The position numbers and the translations under genes are program-made. The notes under the pieces were generated by a model. It did no database searches. It saw only the letters and a list, made by a program, of their open reading frames with translations, and was not told where the DNA came from. From Nitrospirales bacterium (lineage in GTDB: Bacteria; Nitrospirota; Nitrospiria; Nitrospirales; UBA8639): a stretch of DNA of 64,000 nt. The stretch is taken from NCBI GenBank assembly GCA_965223185.1, contig OZ244988.1:2500613-2564612 (forward strand), given 5' to 3'. Below are positions 8,479-17,355 of this stretch, piece after piece; position 1 is the first letter of the stretch, and each line of letters opens with the position of its first letter.

Positions 8479-10194
8479 CTAATATACGCGAATTTGAGGT
8501 TGCCATTTCGTAATTGTGACGGGAAGAAAGGCTGGGCTTGGTCGTTCGTCTTGCCGATGGTAAAGCAAAATATGTTTCAACCAATCCTCGTCATCACGGT
8601 CTAAATAGTCGGTGCGGAAATGTGCCCCTCGACTTTCTTCCCGAAGGGAAGCTCCCTCGATGATCGCTTCTGCGCAGTCTAACATAAAGCTGAGTTCTAG
8701 AACCGCGATAAGACCGGTATTATACACCTGTCCTTTATCTTGAATCGTGATGCCCGGCCAACGGGATTTGAGTTCTTGGAGACGGAGCTTGGCTTTCTCC
8801 AACCCTTCATGTTCTCGAAACACCGATGCGTAGCGATTCATGAGCGTCCCCAATTCCAGGCGAAGCGTGGCGGCACGCTCTCCGGAATCAGGACGAGTTA
8901 ATAGCTCTCTCATGAGACGTTGATCCGATTCTATAGCAGTCTGAGAGATGGTCGGGGACGGAATGGTGCGAGCATATTCAGCCGCACATTGACCTGCCCG
9001 ACGTCCAAATACAATAGTATCCAGCAAGGAATTGGCTCCAAGTCGATTGCCTCCGTGAAGACTGACGCAGGCTGTTTCACCCGCCGCAAAAAGACCTGGG
9101 AGCCCCTTCCATTGTTGATGAATATCCCAACACCGTCCTTCGGTATCGGTTTTTATCCCACCCATTTGATAATGCATGCCTGGACGAATGGGCAATGGAT
9201 CTTCGGCAAGATCAATATTCGCGAAGGTTTTGGCTTCGGCGTATATTTGCCCAAGACGCTCTTGGAGCATGGTTCGTCCTAAATGGCGGCAATCCAGTAA
9301 TACGCAGCCATTAACACCCCGCCCTTCGTTTATCTCGATTTGTTCTGCACGAGAGACGACGTCCCGCGATGCCAGTTCCAGCATGGTTGGAGCGTAGTGT
9401 TCCATAAACCGATCACCGTGTTTATTCAGAAGGTAGGCCCCCTCTCCTCTTGCTGCTTCGGTGATGAGAAGTCCTTTGCCCTTGAGGGTCGTGGGGTGGT
9501 ATTGCACCATTTCCATATCCATGAGGGGGGCGCCAGCGCGGTAGGCGAGAGCCATGCCGTCCCCCGTACAAATCAAGGCATTGGTGCTGGGTTCGTATAC
9601 GCGCCCTAAGCCCCCGGAAGCCATAATCACCGTTTTGGCCGTAAAGAGCGAAACGTGGCTGGTGCGAATTTCGAAAGCTATCAGCCCGGCACAATGGCCG
9701 TGTTCATTTTTCACTAAGGAGGTGACGAACCATTCCTCATAGACGGGAATCTTGGCCTGCAACATTTGTTCATACAGTACGTGCAGCATGGCTTGGCCTG
9801 TGAAGTCTGACACAAAAAATGTGCGGGCTTTTTTTTGACCTCCAAACCGGCGTGTCCCCAGGCGACCTTCCTCATTTCGATTGAAAATGACCCCCATATG
9901 TTCCAAAGCAATGATGTCTTGTCCAGCTTCTTGGGCAAGGATTTCTATGGCGTCTTGATCACCCAGATAATCGCTGCCCTTCGCGGTTTCATAGGCGTGA
10001 TCTTCCCATTTGTCCCCTCGGTCGGTAAGGGCCGCATTAATTCCACCTTGGGCGGCGTTGGAATGGCTGCGCACCGGATGAACTTTCGTCAGAATGGCAA
10101 CAGAGGCCCCTTGCTGGTGAGCGGAAAGGGCGGCACGCATGCCGGCCAGACCGGCCCCGACAACCAGTACATCATATAGAGGGGGAGACATCAT
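8479..10194 (-). CDS. sdhA: Succinate dehydrogenase/fumarate reductase flavoprotein subunit
   Basis: 571 aa. FAD dinucleotide fold YDVLVVGAGLAGMRAA, covalent-FAD histidine context RSHSNAAQGGINA, HPT and RGEGA motifs, and C-terminal ESRGAHFR. Confidence 0.93.
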   Translation of the reverse strand: MMSPPLYDVLVVGAGLAGMRAALSAHQQGASVAILTKVHPVRSHSNAAQGGINAALTDRGDKWEDHAYETAKGSDYLGDQDAIEILAQEAGQDIIALEHMGVIFNRNEEGRLGTRRFGGQKKARTFFVSDFTGQAMLHVLYEQMLQAKIPVYEEWFVTSLVKNEHGHCAGLIAFEIRTSHVSLFTAKTVIMASGGLGRVYEPSTNALICTGDGMALAYRAGAPLMDMEMVQYHPTTLKGKGLLITEAARGEGAYLLNKHGDRFMEHYAPTMLELASRDVVSRAEQIEINEGRGVNGCVLLDCRHLGRTMLQERLGQIYAEAKTFANIDLAEDPLPIRPGMHYQMGGIKTDTEGRCWDIHQQWKGLPGLFAAGETACVSLHGGNRLGANSLLDTIVFGRRAGQCAAEYARTIPSPTISQTAIESDQRLMRELLTRPDSGERAATLRLELGTLMNRYASVFREHEGLEKAKLRLQELKSRWPGITIQDKGQVYNTGLIAVLELSFMLDCAEAIIEGASLREESRGAHFRTDYLDRDDEDWLKHILLYHRQDERPSPAFLPVTITKWQPQIRVY

Positions 10195-10290
10195 GAAATA
10201 GGATCGACGGCAGGGATTGGATCAATAACTAGCATAACGTAAGGGGTGAAGGGTAAGGGGTAAGCAAAAGCATATCGTCTTCCTCTTACC

Positions 10291-11442
10291 TCACGCCTCA
10301 CGCTTTACGTTAGTTCGCTGGTTGACTGGGTGATAGGGGCGGTTGTGAGGGCCCTCGTAAATTTGGTCTGGGCGAAAAAGATGATTTTCTTGATACTGCT
10401 CAAAGCAATGAGCCAGCCATCCAGCCACACGAGCCATCGCAAATATTGGCGTGAAAAGATCGGTCTCGATGCCTAGCCGATGGTAAATTATCCCTGAATA
10501 AAAATCTACATTGGGTCGAATGCCTTTTGAGCCCACTCGGAGTTCCATGTGTTCCTCCACGGCTCTGGCAAGTGTAAAAAGAGATTGGCTGTCAGCTCCG
10601 ACATCCAATTGTTGAGCCAGATTTTGCATGACGATGGCCCGAGGATCTTTGACTTTATAGATTCGATGGCCAAATCCCATGATCTTTTCTTTTTTCGATA
10701 ATTTGTCGTCGAGATAGGGGGCGATACCGTCTTTTGATGAGATTTCTTCCAACATGTGGATGACTGCTTCATTGGCGCCGCCATGAAGTGGGCCTTCTAA
10801 TGTTCCAATGGCTGACGCAATCACCGTGAAGGGGTCAGCCAGAGTGGAAGCGGTGACCATCCCGCTGAACGTTGACGCATTCATAGTGTGCTCGGCATGC
10901 AGAATCAAGCAGATATCGAAGATGCGGACCAACGTTGGGTCGGGAACCTGTTCGGTTAACATGTAGAGGAAGTTTTCGGTGTAGGAAAGATCGTCGCGGG
11001 GTTGAATAGACGCATCTCCTCGCCGGAGTCGAGCAAAGGCGGCAACAATGGTGGGAAGTTTGGCTATCAATCGGACAGCGGTGAGATACCGAGTCTTCTC
11101 TTCAAGCACATCATGAACGGGATAAAACATCCCCAAAGCCGCAATGGCTGCTTGTAAGGCGTCCATGGGATGGCCCTGCTCCGGAAGCGCCTTCAAGAGA
11201 TCAATGATCCGATATTTAATTCGACGATGCTGGGAGATATCTTGGGTAAATTGATCGAGTTCAAGTTGGCTTGGAAGTCGGTTGAACAATAAAAGAAAGG
11301 CCGTTTCCAAAAACGAACTGTGTTCGGCCAGCTCTTCAACCCGGATTCCCCGGTACTCTAGAATGCCCTTCGCTCCATCTACGAAGCTGATGGAGGATTT
11401 TGCGGCAGGAATTCCTGCTAATCCAGGGAAGAAATCACGCAT
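10291..11442 (-). CDS. gltA: Citrate synthase (small type I / 2-methylcitrate synthase-like, 383 aa)
   Basis: Motifs LILHAEHTMNASTF, GPLHGGANE, GFGHRIYK..DPR and NVDFYSG are diagnostic of citrate synthases. Confidence 0.9.
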   Translation of the reverse strand: MRDFFPGLAGIPAAKSSISFVDGAKGILEYRGIRVEELAEHSSFLETAFLLLFNRLPSQLELDQFTQDISQHRRIKYRIIDLLKALPEQGHPMDALQAAIAALGMFYPVHDVLEEKTRYLTAVRLIAKLPTIVAAFARLRRGDASIQPRDDLSYTENFLYMLTEQVPDPTLVRIFDICLILHAEHTMNASTFSGMVTASTLADPFTVIASAIGTLEGPLHGGANEAVIHMLEEISSKDGIAPYLDDKLSKKEKIMGFGHRIYKVKDPRAIVMQNLAQQLDVGADSQSLFTLARAVEEHMELRVGSKGIRPNVDFYSGIIYHRLGIETDLFTPIFAMARVAGWLAHCFEQYQENHLFRPDQIYEGPHNRPYHPVNQRTNVKREA

Positions 11443-11828
11443 ATTTTTAAAATCTTTACTGGAGGGCTTTATTGAAGACCACAGTATCTAGATTCCCTCC
11501 CTTCATCATAACGGAATTTGCTGGGGTAGTGGGAGACTTTGCACAAAGTTTCCTTGAAAGAATCCTTTGAACTATTTAGGGGATACTTCTCATGTCTCTG
11601 CACTAATCTTCCTACAGCGGTTGTTTGGATATTGTAGGTAAGGCCCTGCATGTTATTCAGGCATTGGCTTCCTCAAAATATCGAGATACTTTCGCAACCC
11701 ATTGGAATTATTTTGGAATTATTTGGTGATGATTGAACGGAACAGCCTTTGCAGAACTAGCTTCAGCATTAATCGAGAATGACCGGATATCCAGTCTTGA
11801 TGGGCATCACATGCAGAGGAGGTTGGCC

Positions 11829-12179
11829 ATGAAACAGATAAGCTCTTTTTGTGTATGGGCGATAATTCTGGGATGCTTCGGAGTCATGCCAAGCTTTGCC
11901 GGAGATACGGATTTGAACAGTGCTCTTCTTCTCAGTAAAAAAGGGATGCAAACGCAATCAGCAGTGTCGGAAGAGGTGCCATCGAAATTTCAAAATGTTC
12001 AAGGAACGCTCAAGGAAATTCAGGGGAATGTCTACGTCGTGGAGGGAGACTCGAGTCAGGAATCAATTCGGGTCGAGATCGGGAGAGACACCGCTTTCCC
12101 TAATGGACATAAGGAACCCGGACAAATGTTGCAAGCCCTCATATCAACCAGCGATGGACATGCATTGATTGTTCGGTAA
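11829..12179 (+). CDS. Small secreted hypothetical protein
   Basis: I prefer the internal ATG at 11829, preceded by GAGGAGG. MKQISSFCVWAIILGCFGVMPSFAGD looks like a Sec signal peptide. The product has no recognisable family. Confidence 0.55.
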   Translation: MKQISSFCVWAIILGCFGVMPSFAGDTDLNSALLLSKKGMQTQSAVSEEVPSKFQNVQGTLKEIQGNVYVVEGDSSQESIRVEIGRDTAFPNGHKEPGQMLQALISTSDGHALIVR

Positions 12180-12550
12180 AAGGTGAAACGAAAGCAGGCA
12201 AGACCGTTATTCACATGCGGGAGGGTCGGACATTTCAGGGAGTTCACTTTGTCACTTGGGGGAGATACAGTGGGAAACCTGAAGTGTTCGGGCCTCCGCT
12301 ATTTTCAGAATGTATCATGTCTGTGACCGAAGGTCTATACAAATAATGAAGTGCGAAACTTGTTTCCATGAATGTACGACTTTTGATTTTGTCACGCTTC
12401 GAAATCTGTGTGAGCATTTGTACTTGGACTCGATTGCTAAAAAACACAACCCATTTCTATCTTGTGACCCCGTAAAGGTTCCCCGCAAAAATGAAGACCA
12501 TGAGTGGTGTTCAAAGTAATCCTCTTCCTTTCCGGCCTTAAGCTCAAAAG

Positions 12551-13465
12551 TCACCCTGCCTCGGACGAAAACTGTTTTTGGGCATGATAAGAACTCCGGA
12601 CCATGGGGCCGGATTCAACATGGTGAAAGCCAAGGGCTAAGCCTTCCTGTCTGAACTCTTCAAATTCCTCAGGCGTGTAATATCGTGCAACTGGTACGTG
12701 CCTAATAGTTGGTTGAAGATACTGACCGAGAGTGAGCATCCGGCATCCGACTGATCGAAGGTCTTTCATGACCATTCGAATTTCTTCCTTTGTTTCTCCC
12801 AATCCTGCCATGAGTCCTGATTTCGTGTGCCCCCCCATTTCTTGAGCCCATTGAAGCACCTGAAGGGACCGGGAGTACTTGCCTTGGGGTCGAATTGTGG
12901 GAAAGAGGCGTGGGACTGTTTCAATATTGTGATTCAGGATGTCCGGTTTTTCGCCCACAATGGTTGTAATATTTTCACGATGGCCTTGAAAGTCTGGAAT
13001 AAGAACTTCCACCGTACATTGAGGATTGGTGTGCCGAATTCTCCTGATGGTTTCTGAAAAAAGCTCTACTCCTCCATCTGGAAGATCATCGCGATTGACT
13101 GATGTAATGACTGCGTGCCGAAGATTTAAGAGCTTGACGGCATTGGCTATCCGTTGTGGCTCTTCGGTGTCCAGGGCCAATGGTCGGCCTGTGGTGACGG
13201 AGCAGTAGTGACAGCGCCTGGTGCAAATTTCTCCAAGAATAAGAAATGTAGCGGTTCGAGCATTCCAACATTCCCATAGATTTGGGCAACGAGCTTCTTC
13301 GCAAATGGTATGGAGGCGATGGGTCTCAGTGAGCTGCCGAAGTTCTTTATAATGGGGGCCTGGTCGTAGTTGAACCTTAAACCAATGGGGGAGGGATGAC
13401 CTTTGAGGAGGAGATTTTGTTGTATGCAGGCTAGACGCAATTGACGTGGTTGGGATAAAAGTCAT
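12551..13465 (-). CDS. lipA: Lipoyl synthase
   Basis: CEEARCPNLWECW plus the radical-SAM motif CTRRCHYCSV, then SGLMAGLGET and the C-terminal VRSSYHA. The ORF-track start at 13528 is a TTG, so I annotate the first ATG at 13465. Confidence 0.9.
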   Translation of the reverse strand: MTFIPTTSIASSLHTTKSPPQRSSLPHWFKVQLRPGPHYKELRQLTETHRLHTICEEARCPNLWECWNARTATFLILGEICTRRCHYCSVTTGRPLALDTEEPQRIANAVKLLNLRHAVITSVNRDDLPDGGVELFSETIRRIRHTNPQCTVEVLIPDFQGHRENITTIVGEKPDILNHNIETVPRLFPTIRPQGKYSRSLQVLQWAQEMGGHTKSGLMAGLGETKEEIRMVMKDLRSVGCRMLTLGQYLQPTIRHVPVARYYTPEEFEEFRQEGLALGFHHVESGPMVRSSYHAQKQFSSEAG

Positions 13466-13646
13466 CGTGTAGGTCGAATTTCCAAAAACTTCAAGAAAAT
13501 CTGTTGGCCAATAGATACTGGTTACCAATTAAGAAGGTCTCATCATAACATGTTGGGTATGGCATGCCTACTTCTACCAAGGTCGTACGCGTGAAAAAAT
13601 ATCTATGAAGGACTTATGAGGTCAGTTTACTCTGGAAAGAGATGCT

Positions 13647-14870
13647 TTAAGAAATCATTGGCGAGAAGTGATTGGCCCATTCAATGGCTTCCAAATAAAA
13701 ATCTCGAATAATAGAGGGGTCTAATTGCAGATGTTTGAGTTTCATCCATTCACCTTCTTCGTAGGCTTTGGCACTAGAAAGAACCAACCCCATCTCTCCC
13801 TTTTCTTCAATCAACGCGTCAAGGATATCCTCAGGTAAAGGAAGTTTTTCAAGAATTTCTTGCATGGGTAATTCGTATAAGGATTCTAAAACGGACAATA
13901 ATCCCATCGTGAAATATTTTTCAGGAGTAGGGCTTCCGAGTCTTTGTCCCAGCCGTTCGCACATTTTGGCGCGAACTAGGGCAATGACCAAAATTTCTGC
14001 CGCTTGATTTTGTCCGCTGGCCATAATAATGAGCGTGGCCCATGTTCGAATGCGGTCAATCCCTACTAGGCATGCGGCGTGCTCGATGGAGTCCACTCGT
14101 TTGGGAAGCCCGACGTAGGCGGAATTGACGTAGCGCAAGACCTTATAGCTCAGCGATAAATCATTGCGGATATGTTCCACGAGGCCTTTAAAGGGAATCT
14201 GTGGGTCTTGAATTTTTCCCATTAATTCCAATAAGGCAATGCGGTTGGCTGGGATCTCTCGGCCTTTAATGATATCGGGGCGAAAAAAGAAAAAGCCTTG
14301 GAAGTAAAAAAACCCGAGCTTGCGACATATTTCATACATTTCTCGAGATTCCACTTTTTCGGCCAGGAGGCGTGTTCGCGAATCCTGTAGCTGGGACACT
14401 TCTTGCTGCAATTGCTGTTCGTTTTTCCCTAAGACATCGATTTTGACAATGTCGGCGACGTTCAGAAATAAGCGGGAGGATTCATTATAGACAAAATCAT
14501 CGAGCGCGATGGTATAGCCTTGTTGTGAAAGTGAGAAAAGCGCTTGGAGGACCTGAGGGGTCGGTTCGACATTTTCAAGAATTTCTAAGACCACTCGATT
14601 TTTGGGGAGTGCTTCACAATAGCGTCCTAATAAAAATTGCTTTGGAATATTCAGAAAAGCCAAATGAGAACCCACGACATGCTCTAGGCCGATATCTAGA
14701 TAAGTATTGAGGAGAACCGTGGCAGTCGCAACCTCTTCGTCACTAAACATGGCCTGTCCAATCTCACAATTTCGATACAAGACTTCATATCCAATTGTTT
14801 TCATGGTTGGGCTGAGAATGGGTTGTCGCCCGACAAACACATCTCCGTACTGGGCGGTGGCAGATTTCAT
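13647..14870 (-). CDS. EAL-like plus HDOD two-domain signalling protein (YuxH/COG3434-type)
   Basis: The N-terminal half has EAL-fold motifs in variant form (GYEVLYRN, ALDDFVYN, IVKIDV, AEKVES). The C-terminal half has an HDOD-like sequence (LSYKVLRYVNSAYVG...). Confidence 0.8.
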   Translation of the reverse strand: MKSATAQYGDVFVGRQPILSPTMKTIGYEVLYRNCEIGQAMFSDEEVATATVLLNTYLDIGLEHVVGSHLAFLNIPKQFLLGRYCEALPKNRVVLEILENVEPTPQVLQALFSLSQQGYTIALDDFVYNESSRLFLNVADIVKIDVLGKNEQQLQQEVSQLQDSRTRLLAEKVESREMYEICRKLGFFYFQGFFFFRPDIIKGREIPANRIALLELMGKIQDPQIPFKGLVEHIRNDLSLSYKVLRYVNSAYVGLPKRVDSIEHAACLVGIDRIRTWATLIIMASGQNQAAEILVIALVRAKMCERLGQRLGSPTPEKYFTMGLLSVLESLYELPMQEILEKLPLPEDILDALIEEKGEMGLVLSSAKAYEEGEWMKLKHLQLDPSIIRDFYLEAIEWANHFSPMIS

Positions 14871-15027
14871 CGTGGTTCTCTATATGATCTGGCTAATGGC
14901 TTGATGCCCATGCATGGTATGACTGGATGAAACATTGAAAAATATAGGAATCATGGTTTCTGCTGGACGAAACCCTCTAGGTGGAATACTGCCCATATTT
15001 TCGGCAGAATCTCCTAGGCAATTAAGA

Positions 15028-15045
15028 TTTCCCAGATCTGGGAAA
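15028..15045. promoter_or_regulatory. Perfect 18-bp palindrome TTTCCCAGATCTGGGAAA, a candidate operator upstream of the EAL-HDOD gene
   Basis: Read directly from the sequence. It lies about 160 bp upstream of the ATG at 14870 (minus strand), in a 450-bp intergenic region. Confidence 0.3.
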
Positions 15046-15077
15046 GGTCATCCTGCAAACCCTGAGAGAATTGTTAG

Positions 15078-15123
15078 TAGAAAACCTGGCCGTTCCCTTT
15101 TGTGGATGTTATGAAGGGAACGG
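15078..15123 (-). terminator. Candidate rho-independent terminator after the REC-GGDEF-EAL gene
   Basis: 10-bp stem ccgttccctt / aagggaacgg (15090-15099 and 15114-15123), followed on the minus strand by ccaggTTTTc. It lies about 200 nt downstream of the stop at 15320. Confidence 0.4.
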
Positions 15124-15319
15124 AGTAAGTAGTGAATGAGGAGAGCGGTTGCTATCGATTACGTTACGTTTTGAGAAGTTAGGTGAAAAGAAGACTTAAA
15201 ATGACTCTGGTCAGGTCAAGCTTGTTGGAATCGAATCAAATGCCAAAAAGGAACTAGAATTGGTAGATGTCGGAAATAACGAATTGACGGTGTCAATGTA
15301 AGAAAGGGGAAAAGCATGC

Positions 15320-17179
15320 TCAGGCCTTCTCGTCCGGTAGGCCAACCTGTTGATTTGTTAGCATCGGAACAAGGTCTGCTGCGCTAACAGGGCGACTAAA
15401 GAAATATCCCTGATATTCTTCGCATTCCAAGTGCAGTAACATTTCAAGCTGCTCTCGTGTTTCGACCCCTTCGGCAACGACCTTGAGCCCGAATTCGTGG
15501 GCAAGAAAAATCATGGCCGCCACTAAGGCTTTGTCTTCTGAATTTTCCGTACTACCCTTCAAAAATGATCGATCGATTTTTAGTTCATGGAGGGGAAATT
15601 GTTTAAGGTAGCTTAACGATGAGTATCCCGTTCCGAAGTCATCCATAGCGATTTTCACTCCTAGACCCATGAGCTGTTTGAGTATTTTAATGGCATGTTC
15701 GGCATTGCCCATCAAAAGAGTTTCGGTCATTTCGAGTGTTAAATATTCTTCCTTCACTCCATGCCTTTTGAGCATTTCCTCCACCAAATACATCAATGTT
15801 TCGTCATGAAATTGTTTGGCGGAGATATTCACGGAAAGGTGAATCCATAGGCCCTGTGCTTGCCAACGGGCTAATTGCGCACAGGCTTCATTGAGTACCC
15901 AATCGCCAATGGGTTTGATCAGGCCGGTATCTTCAGCTAAAGGAATGAAGTAGTCAGGAAATTTGAGTGTGCCATCGGCTTGCTGCCATCGGATCAGGGC
16001 TTCAACTCCCGTTATTTGACCGTGTTTCACATCGACCTTAGGTTGATAGTGCAACAGGAGTTGTTCTCCATTTTTAATAGCATTCCGCAACTCGGCTTCA
16101 AGGGTTAACCGTCCATAGCTTTTCGCATTGAGATCTCGCGAATAAAATTCAAAACTTCCTTTGTCTGTAATTCCAACCTGGTCGCTGGCACCTACAGCAC
16201 ATTGGATCAAATTAGTAACATCACTGGCATCCGTCGGATAGGTGGCAATCCCGATATTGGGGAAGATATGGACAGGAGTGTTATTGGTCTCAAATGAAGG
16301 TTCCATGATTTCAATAATCCGAGAGGCAACCTTTGTAGCATTTTCCGGATTAGACAATTGTGGACACACAATCGTGAATTCTTCTGCACTTACACGAAAG
16401 AGACATGTCATGTCGTACTCATGCATGGATCTCTGACTCATCAGATCTGATTCTCGAATGCAACCTTGAATGCGTTCGGCGATCTGTTTGATGATCTGAT
16501 CGGCCACCTGCGGTCCTAACACCGAGTAGACTCGTTTAAATTGCTGGAGCGTGATATGTAAAATGGCCAGGTTTTGATGGTGGCGTTCGGCCTGTTGAAG
16601 GAACCACCCCAAGCGGTCGAGAAATAACGTACGGTTCGGTAGTTGTGTCAAGGTATCATAGTAGACTAATTGGTTTTGATAGGCTTTTGCTGCTAGCGTA
16701 TTCCGTACACGTAAGGTTAATTCACTGGGATCGACTGGTTTGGCCAGAAAATCGGTGGCCCCATAGTCCAAGGCCTTAAGTTTGGTCTGAGCATCGGAGG
16801 AAGATGTCAGAATAATAATGGGAAGATGAGAGTGCTGGGGATGTGCTCTCACCTGTTCCAAGATTTCGAAGCCATTCACCTCGGGCATCATGAGGTCCAG
16901 CAAGACAATATCGGGCTGAAACTCCTCAATCCGTGCGATGGTCTCTGAGGAATGCTCAATGAGGACGAAACGCTGATAACCGGCCTCTTCCAGAAAGGTT
17001 TGCATTACATCCAGCGTAGTTCCCTCATCGTCTACCATCATAATGGTAGCCTGCGTCAGGGATTCGGTGTTGTTTTTTAATTCATTTGGTAAACAATTAC
17101 CAATAACCATGCTTCTCTCATGAGATGAGGCAGGAGGAAATTGTATAGTATTTTCTGGTGTCAGACTGTTTGGACTCAT
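15320..17179 (-). CDS. Response regulator with REC, degenerate GGDEF (SAEEF) and intact EAL domains; a likely phosphorylation-controlled c-di-GMP phosphodiesterase
   Basis: REC: MMVDDEG...IVLLDLMMPEVNG...KP. GGDEF position reads RVSAEEF. EAL motifs: GVEALIRW, DDFGTGYSSLSYL, ELKIDRSF, AEGVETREQ. Confidence 0.88.
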   Translation of the reverse strand: MSPNSLTPENTIQFPPASSHERSMVIGNCLPNELKNNTESLTQATIMMVDDEGTTLDVMQTFLEEAGYQRFVLIEHSSETIARIEEFQPDIVLLDLMMPEVNGFEILEQVRAHPQHSHLPIIILTSSSDAQTKLKALDYGATDFLAKPVDPSELTLRVRNTLAAKAYQNQLVYYDTLTQLPNRTLFLDRLGWFLQQAERHHQNLAILHITLQQFKRVYSVLGPQVADQIIKQIAERIQGCIRESDLMSQRSMHEYDMTCLFRVSAEEFTIVCPQLSNPENATKVASRIIEIMEPSFETNNTPVHIFPNIGIATYPTDASDVTNLIQCAVGASDQVGITDKGSFEFYSRDLNAKSYGRLTLEAELRNAIKNGEQLLLHYQPKVDVKHGQITGVEALIRWQQADGTLKFPDYFIPLAEDTGLIKPIGDWVLNEACAQLARWQAQGLWIHLSVNISAKQFHDETLMYLVEEMLKRHGVKEEYLTLEMTETLLMGNAEHAIKILKQLMGLGVKIAMDDFGTGYSSLSYLKQFPLHELKIDRSFLKGSTENSEDKALVAAMIFLAHEFGLKVVAEGVETREQLEMLLHLECEEYQGYFFSRPVSAADLVPMLTNQQVGLPDEKA

Positions 17180-17355
17180 CAGATTTTTGGGCTAAATCTA
17201 TGTGTTTCACTAGGTTCCAACTGGTTGTGCCATATGGGAACCTACAGATCCTGGAAAACAATGCACATTCCTCTCCCTTTTTGTCGGTCAGACACAGTTG
17301 AATCCTAAATGAGGGTGGTGAGGGGAAATTACTTTTCCCATAAAATATTTCACAA

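Noticed and set aside
12310-12519. A 69-aa Cys/His-containing ORF (internal MKCETCFHECTTFDFVTLRNLCEH...) between the secreted-protein gene and lipA
   Set aside because: It has no RBS that I can see, overlaps other small ORFs on the opposite strand and lies in a convergent intergenic region. The Cys spacing is not a recognisable zinc-finger pattern. There is insufficient support to call a gene.
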